From the NCBI GenBank assembly GCA_030265395.1, contig JARFYF010000001.1, forward strand, positions 49,288,334 through 49,352,333: DNA of 64,000 nucleotides. The letters are read 5' to 3'. The stretch comes from Rhina ancylostomus. Taxonomy: Eukaryota. Positions within the stretch are counted from its first letter, which is position 1; every line of letters starts with the position of its first letter. Below, piece after piece: positions 37,901-52,040 of this stretch. A program made the position numbers and the translations under genes. The notes beneath the pieces were generated by a model, which searched no databases, was not told the origin of the DNA, and saw nothing but the letters and a program-made list of their open reading frames with translations.

Positions 37901-38799
37901 TGTTAGAACTATCTCAGGTTGGTCATAACTGCTTAACTGTCATTCTTACAGAATCATCATTCGAAACAATGTTGCAGGACAAATCTTCCAGAAATAGAGG
38001 CATTCAGTAGTGGTAGGGGACTGGATGGTTGGGTATGTTATTGATTGCCTTGTGGGTCAAAGATTGCCTCAACTTGCATGAGTTGAAGTCAAATGTGGAC
38101 AAGGAAATTTTCTGTGAATTACCATGTACCATGGAATCAGTACTTCATGGGGAAGATGATTCAGAGGAATCACTGAAGGTAGAATGGGGACAGACTACAG
38201 TCCGGGAGGGACTTGATAGTTAAAACAATAATGGAGTTGAGCAAGTCACGGCTGCTCAAATGGGCTTGCAACAAGCAGCAAAGGAACAAACATGAGGGAA
38301 TAACTTGATCCTGTCCTCCCTGCTCCACTACCTGTAGATGTATCCATCCACAATGGTATTATAGGCATTATCATCGGGCAATCCTCAGAGAAACCAAGTC
38401 TCATCTCCACACAAAGGACACCTTTTTTATGTGGCACTATCACTGTACTAAGTGGGAGAGATTAAGGGCAGAACTAGACATGCATGAGGGGTGCAGGGCA
38501 AATCTCTGGCTGGGGGAATCTCATGCAGGGGCAATCTCTGGCTGGCTGCAGAGCAGGTGGCAATGCACTCTTGGAACTGAATTTGGGGCACATTTGCAAG
38601 CCAGGTCCATGTGCACTTTACTTTGCTCTGCACTTGGACTCGCCACTGAGTTCAGGGACTTTAATGAGGGTCACAGTCCCCACCACCTGCAGCTGGTGAT
38701 TACTAGCAACCCACTTCGTCCTGCAGCAGTGACACCAGTAATGTATTGGGAGCCATGCACCCACAAAAAATGTGTTCAGCCAGTGACTGCAAGCCAGGA

Positions 38800-39890
38800 T
38801 CAGCAAGGTAACATCGCACGGATAGAACGTTTGGCTAACAGGAAACAAGAGTGTAGCTGTAAATGGGTTATTTTTTAGTTGGCAAGTTGTTGTAATGATT
38901 GAAACACATATTTCATGACATATCAGTGAAAATAAACCTGATTCTGATGTTCCACAGGGATATCTGTTGGGGTCTCACTTGTTTTACAATTCACCTATGT
39001 GACTTGGATGAAGGCATCAGCGGAATGCTTCCTAAGTTTGATGGTGAGACAAAGATAGGTAGAAAAGCAAATTGTGAAAGGGACATGATAAAATATAGAT
39101 TTGAGTGGTGAAAGAGCTGACAACTTGAACCTGTGGAAAAACATTAAATTGTCCATTTTGAAAGGAAAATAAAAATACGTGTTATTTAAGGGAAGGGAGA
39201 GATTACAATAGCTTGGAGATTTCGAGCAAACTGGGTGTATTAGTGCATGATTTGCAAAAGGCTTGTATGCAGGTATTGCATGCAATTAGCAAGGTAATGG
39301 AATGTTGTTAATTGAATTTAAATCCAAAGGCAGAGATGTCATACTTCATTTTTATAGGGCATTGGTAAGACCGCACTTGGAGTGTTGTGAACAGTATTGG
39401 TCTCTCAATTTAAGGATCTAAATTCTTTGGAAGCTGTTCAAAGATATCTAGAGTCTCTGGAATGGATAGTTTCTTTTATGAGGATAGGTTGGACAGCACT
39501 GGCTTGTATTGACTGGAGTTTAGAAGAACGAGAGGTGACTTAGTTTAGGATCTTCTGTGTTTCAATAGTTTTAAGACATGAAGAGGATGTTTCCGCTTGG
39601 GATAATCAAGACCTTGGGGATGAGGGATTGTCCATTTAAGATGGATAGTGAAATGTTTTCCTTCACAAGATCATGAGTTTGTGCAACTCACTTTTTCAAA
39701 GGGCAGTGGGAAAATTGTATTTTAATATTTATATGACTTATCTATCTATGTAATGGGGGGGGGGTGGTGTGAAATGTTGATTGGGGCATTAAGGATCAGA
39801 GTTGAGGTATCAATCATATCAGCCTTGGTGTTAAATGACAGCAGGCTCAAGAGGCTGATTGGCCTACTCCTGTTTCTATTTGCTATGCTA
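38800..39890 (+). mobile_element. CR1 LINE RT to 3' end, degenerate
   Basis: CDLDEGISGMLPKFDGETKIG (resembles NDLDEG..KFADDTKIG), ALVRPHLECCEQYW, and tail ggcctactcctgtttct. Confidence 0.8.
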
Positions 39891-41577
39891 GTGTCCAGCC
39901 CCTTGTTTGAATCTCTCCACAATTGGAATTTAAATTCAAGGATCTAAATAAATTAATATCAGTAATGATAACCGAGAAACTATCCGATTGCCATTAATAA
40001 ACAATATTTTAGTTTTAAATGTCCTTCAGTGAGGAAAATTTACCCTATCTAGCTATTTGTGACAGCAGTCCCAGCAACATGGTTAACTTCTGCCTTCTGT
40101 TCAAATGATGTGATCAGCATTTATTGTACATTCCTAGTTGCACTTATACAATTTGTCAAATGCAAGTAAGCTAAAATTTGATTCATAGCCAAAATCTGAC
40201 AAAGAAATAGTGAAATAAAGCATTGGGCAACTTAGCAGAAAATATGTAAGTGATATATTTCACCATAAGTTGCATATTTTATCTAATCAAATCTAGAAAA
40301 TAATTCCCCAGACCAGGTAGCATTTTGCTTTTCTTATGTGGTACATTGGAGGTGTTGGCAGAGCAGTATTATGGCAGTGTATTTTATCAAGACTAACTTC
40401 TCAGGGTGTCATCAACAACTGCAGTGGAAGACCACAAGAAAAATGTTCAACTTTTCTGCTGAAAATAATGTGGGCGAGGGTAACTATTAGCCAACCTAAT
40501 TCTTTTCCTACCTTCTGTCAGTTTACACCACCTTCCAAGTGGTGATCTATGACAAAGGCAGCCAGTGTTTGTGTAATATTGGTTACTATATACACAGGAA
40601 GATTGATGAAGATGGGGAAGAAATTCTGCCCTCTGTTTTTGAAACGCAAGTGGCATTGTTCGATGTCCATTACATTTTTAACAATGAGTAGTAATAACAA
40701 TCATTTGGGTACAATCCAGATTTCCATATTTCCTTCAAGAACATGATATAGTTGCAAATATCCATAATTTAGTAAATCCTCAGTGAAAACTGCTTAACTG
40801 GTACGTTGAAGAGGGAATCTTCTCAGATGTCTTTTATTACAATCTTGAAGTCATTTTAGATCTCTTCACCTATCATTGCAAAACCTTTACGTGATGAATA
40901 TTCTGGGTTAAAGAGAGGAACAGCTTGATGGAAAATCTTGGACCATTAGGGCAAATAGCAGGCCAATGAGAACCAGAGTTACTTATTTTCCTAGGCAAAG
41001 TCTTGAAGAAACCACTATTTTGTTAATGCTTTGATTAAGAAAAATCTATTATATCTGTGGATAGACCCCATCAGACACGAGCTAAGCTGCCAATGTCAAT
41101 ATGTATTCTTGCTTTAGGGTTTTATAAATTTTCTGCACTTGTTTGTGTACTTACCAACGATGTTATCTATTTCCAAAGAATTAGCTTGTTATGAATGTGT
41201 AGCTGAGCGTTGCTTTGCTGTGCACATAACCCTCATTTCTAAGCCAGTGTGTTGGGAGGACTAATGTTGGCTTCAACTGTTTTGTGCCAGACCGTTTCCC
41301 TTTTAAATAACCCAGCTGGAAATAAGGGAAATTACCAGAAAGAACTTGCATTTATATTGCAGTATACATATCCTCAGGCCATAAAGGTATTTCACAGCCA
41401 ATAAAGTACTTCTGAAATGTGGGCACAGTGTCAATGTAATAGCCCATTTATGCAGAGACAGTTTTGACAAGTAGCAAGAAAGAAAATGGCTATGACAATT
41501 TTTTTGGTAGCATTAGTTTAGGGATAATAGTTGGCCAAGAATTTAGGGTGATACCTTTCTGACTTGAGTAACTACCT

Positions 41578-41862
41578 TGGGCAGGCACAGTAGTATAGCT
41601 GTTAGCTTAACGCTTTACAGCGCCAGCAACCCAGGTTCAATTCCCGCCGCTGTCTGTAAGGAGTTTGTGCGTTCTCCCCGTGTCTGCGTGGGTTTCCTCT
41701 GGGTGCTGCAGTTTCCTCCCACATTCCAAAGACATACAGGTCAGGAAATTGTGGGCATGCTTTGTTGGCGCTGGAAGCGTGGTGACACTTGTGGGCTGCC
41801 CCCAGAATGCTCTACGCAAAAAGATACATTTCACTGTGTTTCAATGTACATGTGACTTATAA
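41578..41862 (+). mobile_element. V-SINE (HE1-like), relatively intact, inserted in an older Deu-type SINE
   Basis: B-box GGTTCAATTCC and V-domain ggagtttgtgcgttctccccgtgtctgcgtgggtttcctctgggtgctgcagtttcctcccacattccaaagac. Confidence 0.85.
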
Positions 41863-42949
41863 GGTATCTTTATTAACGTCAGAGAAATAGCAAGAAGCTT
41901 CTTTAATATCACATTCTAAATTATGGTAAAAGATGGACTTGCATATTGATGTCAATTATGGGGGTTAAACAGCAATGCATTTCCATACAGAAAACCACAC
42001 CATGGTAGCTCAAAGGAAGATCAAGTCAATGCAAAGCAAAATTAGGCATTGTGTATAAATGACCACTGTTTTGTGGTATTGCTGAAGAGAAGTTTACTTC
42101 ATAGGACAATTGTTCTGATTACTTCCTTGACTTGTACCTTTTGGGGACACTCACACCTGACTACATGTTGGTTAGATTACTACTTCTCGGAGAAAATAGT
42201 AACAAAGCTTCAGTTTTATCTTCCTGTATTTTTGCTTCTGCAGTAATTTACACTGCTCAGTACTTGAACCTTGAAGTTGCTTGAGGCTAAATGGGAACAG
42301 TTTTATTAAAACTAGGAACACTAAAACAGCAGTGTTGTCTTCTGCTTTTTATCATTGCACAATCATGCTCTGATCATAGATACAACTTCTGTTTATCCTT
42401 TCCAAGTACAGCTTAAAAAACTTGAGGCAAATAGAAAAAGCTTTGGAAGAATGTTTAATGACTTGATCATAACTGTTATTTATATCTAATATTTTCTGGT
42501 AATGTTGATACTACCACAACTGTTAATACATTTGTTTTTGATGTGGGTAATGTTGGCTATGTCACTAATTAATGTATGGAAATGAAAACAGTACAGCTAA
42601 AACATTCTAGTGTGTACCTTAATTGTCCTGTATGCATTAGCTTAATGTCCTCATTTTTTAATACTAATATACACACACACACAACCAGAATCCACATGAT
42701 CAATTAGTAACCATGGGGATAGAATGCTATTGTACCTTTTTAATTTGTNNNNNNNNNNNNNNNNNNNNNNATTTTAAGATCAGCTCTAAAGTGACAGTAA
42801 GAAAGCAAATTAGCATATTAATCAACAGAATATACTTGGAAACAGTGCAAAAAACCTGAAATCATTAAACCTAAACTATTCCTATTAATTTGTACAACTA
42901 AATAGGTAGGGGGCTCTAAAGAGTAGAAAACAAACTCTTGCAACTTTAT

Positions 42950-43235
42950 GGAGACAAGAGACTGCAGACGTTGTAATCCGGAGCAAAAAAAAATTGCTGG
43001 AGGAATTCAGCACGTCAGGCAGCATCTGTAGGGGGATGGTTGACATTAAGTCAAGGTCCTCCATCAGTTCTACTTACATTTGAATAATGTGATTTGAGTA
43101 TTTCAGGATCATAACTTGCATTTAAATCTTGACTGATCCAGGGTCTTGACTCAAAACGCTGACCATCCCTCTGCCTCCACAGATATTGCCTGACATACTG
43201 AGTTCCTCCAGCTGTTTTTTGCTTTTGCAACTTTG
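42950..43235. mobile_element. Non-autonomous palindromic element (Penelope-associated terminal sequence in inverted pair)
   Basis: gctggaggaattcagcacgtcaggcagcatctgt...gtcaagg is mirrored by tcttgactc...acagatattgcctgacatactgagttcctccagc. The same motif flanks the Penelope-like remnant at 59.5-61 kb. Confidence 0.7.
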
Positions 43236-44058
43236 CTCCTGGTCATGAGAATAATCTACCAAATTATTGTCTTGCACATTTGTTCTTGAATCCATAAGCA
43301 CAAATGTCTTTTTGTGCGAGTTAACCTTCTGGGTGCAAGTCACCTCAAGTGAGCCTAACTAGAGTAAGAAAAATAAATGTAATTTAATTTCCATGAGCTG
43401 CAAATTAGTTGCTTGTCATGGCACCTTTCTAATAATTGTGCCCATTTGCAGGACTTCGGAAAAATAACATTCTGATAGGTGTACTTTAGATTAACAAAAC
43501 AGTACATTTGTGATAAACCTATTTTCAGCAGACCACCATTTTTGAATGAGGGATTATTTAATGCAAATTAAATGTTTACACAACGTTTTAAAATATGTGC
43601 TGGCTTTAAGAAAAGCAATTGGCAGGCAGGTTGGGGGAAAAAAAACTTGTTCCAGTTTCTGTCATCTTAGGCAGTCTCTCAGCATCAAGAATGACTTGCT
43701 TCTACTCTAGTTTTGCGTTGTGAAGTAGCTAATGAAGCCAAGGTGCCTGACAGGATAGGCAAGTGGGTGTTTTGTGAGGTTATGCTGTTTATACAGGGCT
43801 TATGTATCGGATGCATGGTTTATGTATGGAGTAGGGAATGCACACAAAGTTGCAATTCTTGGCTACCACTACTCCAGATTCCATTCAGGTTAAATTAAGG
43901 ATAAATGAGTAGCAAAAGATGATACTCCAATCATGTGATTCAAATGGAAGGAGAATTTCAGGGTCATGACTCTCATTTAAACCCGGACAAAAGGATGGCT
44001 TTGTTCTCATTCAGAAAGCCGAGGAAACTAAAAATCTCAAATATTATAGGCACAACTA

Positions 44059-44336
44059 CAGTAAAACTCCAATAATTCAGCACTCTTAGGACTTTAGTGC
44101 TGGTCCAGCTGACTTTTCTGGGCTAGTGGACATTATTCCTATCAATATTGCAACTCAGTCAATTTCCTTCTTTTAAACACAGCAGTGTAATAAATTTTCT
44201 AATGAACCAGGTGAATTTAAAAAAAAACAGGAAACTGAGCCCCATTGAGTTAAAAAGGATTATGGGAAAAAGGGAGCCAGATTGTGAACTACATGATTTC
44301 TAAACAGCTGGACAGCAGATTATTGGAGTTTTACTG
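44059..44336. mobile_element. Tc1/mariner-pogo (Tigger-like) MITE, copy 1
   Basis: Perfect 18-bp terminal inverted repeats CAGTAAAACTCCAATAAT / ATTATTGGAGTTTTACTG; TA on the left flank, AA on the right. Confidence 0.85.
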
Positions 44337-44394
44337 AATGTAAATATTAAATAGCAAGTTAGAATTAATAAAAGGCATCCTCTGTTGTGAATGT

Positions 44395-45212
44395 GAAGTA
44401 ACCTGGTGTTTTATTATTCATTATGGAAGATACACAAACTTGAAAAATGTAAAACATATAAAAGAGCTTAAGGGCTGCCGTCTTATGAGATAAATATTCA
44501 TACACAGTCATAGCGTACAACAGGGTACAATGATAGTGTGAAATTCAACAAGCTCTCCACTGAAGTTAGTTTTATAAAAAAAATTATACTATGCTTTGTA
44601 CAAACATCACATTTGTTCTGAGTAATATGCAGTGGATTGCTAGAATTGTTTTTGGAGATTTCGGCATTCCTACAGAATTTGTAGATATTACAGTGTATTT
44701 CAGAGTAATAGTGTTTAAAATTAAAGGAAATAGAACTATTGTAATAAATCCAAATATATGCAACTAATAAACCATTTATTCCATTTACTGTCAATGAAGA
44801 ATGATAGGTACAAATCTTTTTCTGCCTTACCTGAAATAATTTACACAGAAGGAAGCTAGATTATCTCCAAATAGTGATTATATAAATTTCCCTCTGCATT
44901 TCAACAGCTTTAAGATGCTATTAAAACAGCTGTTTCTTTTGCACAAATGATTTTAAAACTCAACCAACATTGTAGTGTAATTATAACAAATGTAGCTGCT
45001 ATTTAAGTGAAACCAGTTTGCCACTATGCAGTAAATCAATCAAGCATATCAATATCAACATAAAAACCACTGGTCTACAATGTGTCTATGAAAAATGATA
45101 GTTTCTTAACTGCTTTTTAGACTAAAGTGAAACAATTCTACAGTTATTAGTCTGTAAACCTGGACTGCAGAATATGAAGTTAACTTGAATCTTGTCTTCA
45201 CCAAATTCCAAC
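44395..45212 (-). other. NCKAP1: NCKAP1 3' UTR with poly(A) signals
   Basis: AT-rich, repeat-free stretch after the stop; minus-strand AATAAA at 44780-44775 and 44415-44410. Confidence 0.6.
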
Positions 45213-45329
45213 TTAGGCAGAAGATGTAACACTTTGCTTGTAGACAGCATGGTATGCATTTCGCAGGAGGACATAGGGAAAACAAGATTCCAGCAGATCC
45301 ATTGTCAGAAAAGGAGACTCTTGAACAAT
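45213..45329 (-). CDS. NCKAP1: NCKAP1 final coding exon
   Basis: CAG acceptor at 45332-45330; [41 protein letters not shown] is the NCKAP1 C-terminus. Not listed in the ORF track in this frame. Confidence 0.97.
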
Positions 45330-46063
45330 CTGCAGAAAATTTCAGCCACAAGTCACCCAATGATTATATCTGGTGGCATTTCAATCACCAAAGTAGGCCA
45401 TACTGTTGCTATGCTTATGTCATGGTTCAAACAAACCACCAAAGCCTCAACAAAGCTACAGCTAACAGCTCAGCCAGAGCATCATAAATAACACACTAAA
45501 CAATCCTTTAAAGAAAAGGGGCCCTGTAAGTGCAAAGTTAAAACAAATACTGTGGGTTATTTTTCTAAGTATGACAAGCTAGATGTTTGCAGATGAGCTC
45601 ATAACATAAAACATGACTGCTAAGTGCAAGCAATTACCCTGGTTATCAGAGTTTGCCCAAATCTAAATAGATTTCGTAACACCATTCTAATTGTTTGCTA
45701 CTGTGGCTGCATTACCAGGAAAAAGACTAAGTTAAAAAAAAGATTAAGTCATTGCAGTTGGATAGAAATAAGATTATAATCAAGAAAGATATGAGGCTGC
45801 TATTTGGCAATGAGAGATAGACCACTGCAGAGTTGTGCAGATGATGCCAACTGACCTCTAAAGCAATGAGGGATAGAGGCAAGGCTTCATAAGACCCTAA
45901 CTGGCAAATAAGTTTGGGTAAAAGAAGTTTATAGCAAAGATAGATTTAACTATTTGGTTGGCACAGGTGGAAGGGCAAAATGTTTTCCTCTTATTAAAGA
46001 CTGTAAATTTCTATGACATAACTGCATATAATCTAGTTGTAAACAAAGTAACTTAATACTCAC

Positions 46064-46153
46064 CATGTCCAGCAGAAGGTAAACAGATTCTCTGTTTCTG
46101 GTAGTGGTCTTGTCAGTCTCTTGTCCAATTTTTAACAAACTTGAAGATGCAAG
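46064..46153 (-). CDS. NCKAP1: NCKAP1 penultimate coding exon
   Basis: TAG|[30 protein letters not shown]|GTGAGT; 90 nt, phase 0-0. Confidence 0.97.
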
Positions 46154-46885
46154 CTATAGAAACATTGTTGAATATATTATTGGTGTTGATCTTAATAAAT
46201 TGTCAATGACTAGCTATCTCACTTTTTGTTAAGAAATACAGTATCTACAAATTGAAGAAAGTTCAGACAGCAAGTCAAAAGGTGAAAAATGAAAGGGTTG
46301 AAGTTAATTGTGCATCATCTGATAATGATGCAGTAGTTTCCTTTGTACCAAGTACTGAAGTTACATGAGATGAGGAGAGCTACTAAAATGCAAGACATGA
46401 GCATTGCAAACAGCAAAAAAATAATTTGCCAGAGATGCCAAAACTACACAAAAACTACATAAACACTCTAAATTGGTTTCCAGTGGAGTAACAAATAGAT
46501 ATAATACAAAGTAAACAGCAGCAATGGAAATAAACATTAGATTTAAGATAAAACCTCCAGGAGAAAAGCGTTTCCAGCTTCAAGGAACCAAAATAAACCG
46601 TAGATGTGAAAAAGGCAGATATACTGGTAATAACTTTCCGAACTTCTCCAGATTCATGTACTGTACATAGCGGTTTGAAAATTGTGAAAGATGCACCATT
46701 ATTTAGGAAAAAAGAAACAAGATCGCTAAAGGTCTCATAGCTTAATGTCTATTTTGTGGAAATTGCTGGAATCTGTCACCATTATTGAATAATTGTACAA
46801 GTGTAAGATGATTTAAGAATTTAAGCTAGATTTCTGAGACTCATTTTGAGGGAGTTGCAATCTTGATTGAGCCAGGACTTGCTGA

Positions 46886-47759
46886 TGTTACAGACGAGGT
46901 TACTATGGGTGAATGAATGTCCCTTTAAGATAGAGCANNNNNNNNNNNNNNNNNNNNNNNNNNNNNNNNNNNNNNNNNNNNNNNNNNNNNNNNNNNNNNN
47001 NNNNNNNNNNNNNNNNNNNNNNNNNNNNNNNNNNNNNCATAGTGGTGTGTGTGTATGACAACAAAAGATAAAAGGATGTAATGAAGTTTTTGAAGCAGTC
47101 AGTCTGAAGGAGCAATAACTCACACCAGTCTGCTAGTCTCTATCAATGGATGAAAATCAGTAACTGTGACTGTCACTACAATCTACGTATGGATTTTTGG
47201 AGTAATCCAGTGGAGTCCACTTTGTCGTTAACCTGCAGAGGGAAACAGGTATTTGTGTGGATGGCCACGTCTTGGATGCTTTGAGGCTGAGGCAGATACT
47301 TCGGAACAAAGTAATGGAGTTCACTTTGTCATTGACCTGTAGAAGGAAACTGGTATTTGTGTGGATAGCCACAATTCGAATGCCTTTCGGGGTGAGGAAG
47401 ATGCGGTGGAGTAGTCACTGCTGAGTAGACACTGACGTGTCGTATGGGTTCCATCATGGAACATTTGGATTTCGTAATATCCCTATTTTCTCTCTCTACA
47501 TCTATGGTTGTCTTCAGTCATCTTATGGCTTGCTGAACTGAACTTTAAGAACCAGTCCTAGAATTGGAGTTTGGGAATTTGCCACACACACACTACGAGA
47601 TTAGTTTTTGGGGTTAATGTTTAAGATCTCACATTTTTACTTCTAATACTCTAAAACTTTTACTTTTATTTTCCTTATTATCATAAGTGGTTATTAATAA
47701 AGTGGTTTTTAACACTTGTATATGACTTGGTATGTTTCTTTTGTTGCAGGTTCTTAACA
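46886..47759 (+). mobile_element. Complete solo LTR (copy 3) with 4-bp target-site duplication
   Basis: TGTTA...TAACA termini, CTGA at 46882-46885 and 47760-47763, AATAAA at 47696-47701, and an internal duplicated block about 104 bp apart. Confidence 0.9.
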
Positions 47760-47799
47760 CTGAAATCCTCAAAGAAGTCAGGCTTTGCCAATTTGATTC

Positions 47800-48850
47800 A
47801 TTTCACATGATGCCAAGTAGCAACCGAGAGCACCATTTACAGCAAAGTCCATGGGACTAGACAACATTCTAGCTGTAGCATTGAAGACTACTCCTAAACC
47901 ACCAGCACTTCTGGCCAAGCTGTTTCAGGACAGTTACGACACTGGCATCTGCCCAAAGTGAAAAATTGCACAGCTCTATCCCGCTCACACGAAGTAGAAC
48001 CAATCAATTCATCTAAATACCACCCATGTCTACCTCAATGATCAAAGTCACGGAAGCAGTCATCAATAGTTCTGGCAAACAGCACTAACTCACCAATGCC
48101 CTCAGTGTTTCACCAGGACGACTCAGTTCCAGATCACATCAGAGTTGGTCCAAAGATGGACGAGGATCTCTGTTCTAGAGCAAGACACTATTTGACAGTG
48201 TGTTATCAAGTTGCCCTGAAAAAAACTGAAGATTGGGCCAAGGAAAATGCGCTCAGGAACTCCCTCTCAGCGGTCCTTGCACTGTTGTCACCATTGACCA
48301 GAAGTACAACTGGACCAGCCACATAAATAATTTGGCTAGGAGAGCAGGTCAAAAGCGGGCTGTTCTGCAGTGTATGACTCCCTAAAGTCACTAGAGGCAA
48401 CCCAAAGTCTTTCCACAAGTCAGAACTGCAATGGACTATTCTCCCCAGACCTGGATGAGTGTAGCACCAACAAGCATCATGAATTACAATTCCATGCAGG
48501 GCAAAACAGTTGACTTGACTGGCACCTCATCAACCATCTCTGGAGCACAGTGACCACTGCGTACATCTACAAAATGCACTGCAGTTACTTGTCCAGACTA
48601 CTCTGACAGTACCTCCCAAACTTGTGTGCTCTACCAAGGGCTGTATAGGAACACTACTATCTACAGGTTCCCATTCAAGTCACACACTAGACTGATTTAG
48701 AAATACATTACTAGCCCTAAATCCTGGAACTCCCTCTCCCAACAATACTGTAGGAATATTTTCACCAAAAAGAGTGGCTCAAAGAGGCAACTCACCACAC
48801 CAACTCAAGGGCAATTAGAACTGGGCAATAAATAATTACCTTGCCAGGAA
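47800..48850 (+). mobile_element. CR1/L2-group LINE RT to 3' end
   Basis: ALLAKLFQDSYDTGICP, VFHQDDSVPDHI, and tail caagggcaattagaactgggcaataaat. Same family as 13960 and 23935. Confidence 0.75.
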
Positions 48851-48899
48851 CGTTCAGCTCCTGAAAATGAATAAAAATAAAAACTTCTTGCTGCTGCTT

Positions 48900-51800
48900 G
48901 TTGTAAGAGAAATCTTAAACTATCTTGCAGAAATGGAAGCTCCACACTGATTTGGAAGGGAAAGGTTTGGAAGGTAGAAGAAACTGGCAAATAAAAACAA
49001 ATAAATTTGGTAGCATTTAATCATATACTTTAACGCAAAGAATCAAGCAATATGGAGATGAGATGAACAGATATGCAAATGGACTGAAGATTCAAACTCT
49101 TACTGCAATGTAATTTAATGAGGAAAGGAATTGGATATGTGGTTTCTGAATCAGTTGGGAATTAAAGAGAAAAAACAATGGCAGATACAATTATGTTTAA
49201 AACAATTGTAACTACAAAGACATGATACTGGAAGTATAAACAAATGAGTATAAGGGTTGACCTGAGGAGAAAAGATGAAAAATTGCACTGCCACCAAAAA
49301 GGGACTGGAAATAGCTCCTTGAAGATTGAGCATCAGAACTGAGAGGCAGTCAAAGAGGAGATGAGAGTTCGGAAGAAATATTTTTAAGGAAGGTGGCGGG
49401 GCTCCCATCCAGATCTACTTCTTGGATGTTAAGAGTTGGATAAAGTATTTTAAAAAAGAAAGCTTATTCTGATACTGGAAACAATGATAGCACCAGCAAC
49501 ACTGGGGAGTACAGAAACTACAGGAATGATTTTAAAAAGGAGAGTTAGAAGATACAAGATGAGATAAAATCATTAAGTAAATTAGGGAAGCTGCAAAGAT
49601 GTTTTCTAATTATTTATCTGCCTCTTAATCTAAAGGAAATATGGCCTCTTAGAGGCCATGATGTGCATAGATAATATGGTTCTAAAATAAACACTTTGCA
49701 TCTGTCTTCATTTAACAGGCAAACAATTCATTTTGTAGTTAAGACATTATATGAAATATTTCAATAGAATATGAAATGAGAGAAAATAGAGTTGAGCATC
49801 TTTAAAGAATATGAATCGCCAGTCCAGCAATGAAATATACCATGAACTCCAGGTTGTTAAGAGAAGCAAGGCAGGAAATAGAGGAGGGGAGGGGAGGGGA
49901 GGTGTGGGTCGTAGTGTTGACCACTATTTTCTAATCTTCTCTGGCTAAAGGTGTGCTGTCAGACAATTGCTAAAAGGTGGCATTGCTCAAAAAGGAAGAC
50001 ATGGATATGACAAGTAATTATAGCCCAGTCAATATCTTGTCTACAGTCAGTGAATTATTGGAGAAAATTCTGAGTGACAGTTTCAGTCTTCGTTTAAAAT
50101 GGCAATGCATTAACCAAGGGCAGTATGATTTGCTAAGGAAAAGTCACATCCAACTTTGCTAATTATTTTTTTTGCAGTTAGAGAGATGATTTGAGGATAA
50201 TACATTCAATTGTTTCTAAATGGATTTTATCAAGGCTTTTGACAAAGCCCGAGTGGCAGAATAGTCAGAAAAGCAAAGTCAAATTTGGCTCAGTGACAGG
50301 AGCAAACGGTAAAGTTTGACTTTGTTTTAAATGACCGAATCATTATTTACAGTAGTTTGAGAGTTCAGTGCTACTTCCCTTCCAATTTTGTGGTATATAT
50401 GATTTAGACTTAAATTTAGGAATTATAATTATGTTTGCAGATGATACAAATATGGGACATAATTAATACCAAGGATGAAGAAATTAAATACAATCAGATT
50501 TCAATGGTTGGTGGTAATCGGAATTCAATCTGGATAAGTGTGAGGTGATGTATTTAGGGAGAGCAATCATAGCAAATGAACACAAAATAAATGGCAGTGT
50601 GCAGAGAACTATAGGGAACGGGGAACATATTCACAGATCCCTGAAGGTGATAGAGGCAGATAGATCAGGTGACTGAGGCAGCATATGGGAAACCTGACTG
50701 GCAAAAAAAAACATAACAGCAGTTTTCTAGAACTACATTAACACTAGTGGGTCACAGCTACGTTACTGCACAGTTCTGGTCACACATTATAGCACTAAAC
50801 ACTTTTGCTAGACAGAGTGAGCACAGGAAATTAACATGGACATTTATGTGGACTGGAAAATTTTAGAAAACAGAAAGACTGGATAAGCTGGGGTCACATT
50901 CCCTGAAATACAGACGGCTGAGGGAGATATAATTAAGGTGTATAAAATTGAGGAATGTAGATAGATTAGATCTAATTCCATTAGCAGAGCCAATAACCAG
51001 GAGTCATAGATTTTTAAAAAACTATTGAAGGTAGAAGAAAATAAATTTTTTCACCCAGACAGCAGTAATGATTTGAAACTATGTCCTGAAAAAAATGGTG
51101 GTCAGAAATCCTCATTTCAATTAAAAAGCACTCATCCAAGCTCCTAACATGTCATATGCTCTTAGGCTATGGATAGAATGGGAAAGTGTGATGAGGCTGC
51201 ATAGTTCTTTTTGGATCAGCACAGATGCAGATACAATGTGCCAAATTGCCTAGTTTAATGCCATTAACTTCTGTCTGTCTATTTAAGTGTTGGCTACTTT
51301 TTTTTGTTTGGTTACTGGCATGGTGGAGCAGGAAACATGCAGGGAAGGCTGCCTATATAAACAGCCAGAATACATTTAATAAGGGATTATTAGCAAAAAT
51401 GACATGGATCAGTAATTGGATAGGAGGTAGGAGCTAGTAGGGAACATTCTCAGAATGGCAGGATGTGCAAATTGCTGCTCCCTGGAGATCTGGTCTAGAG
51501 CCTCAGCAATTACTTAGAAATAAAACATTCCACCAGCCAATTTTCCAATGAACCTATTTAGGAGGTAACATCAAGTTAGGTGGATGCAAGGAGGAAGTTA
51601 GAAAGGGCCATAGCAGAACAAATGAATGGCCAAAACCAGAGCATTTAAATTAAAAAGATGCATTTTGGATTAGAGACAAGGTATTCATAATATTTTCTCA
51701 ATACTGAGAGGAACGGAAGAGTGGATGAACAAGGTAATTTTGAATAATAAGATTCAAGTCACAAAAAGGCACAAGAATGCAGACTTTTATTTCAAGGAAG

Positions 51801-52040
51801 CAGCGAGGAAGTGATATGGTCTTCAAAAATAGGGCCAGGCCATTCAAGAGTGAAAACCAGAAATACAAAAAGTGTAATGGAAATTTGTAACTTCTCCTCT
51901 AAATGACTAAGTCAATTGAATTTATGACCAAGTTTGATAGATTTATAGGAGGTATCAAGTAATCAGTAGCAAAGACAAGGAAGCAGAAGCTGCACTGTCC
52001 AGCCATGATAGAATTGAATGGTAAACAGGCTTGAGGGCTA
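48900..52040 (+). mobile_element. Cluster of degenerate CR1 LINE sequence
   Basis: NYSPVNILSTVSELLEKIL, MDFIKAFDK, MFADDTNMG and KLGSHSLKYRRLRGDIIKVYK motifs, with many disablements. Confidence 0.8.
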
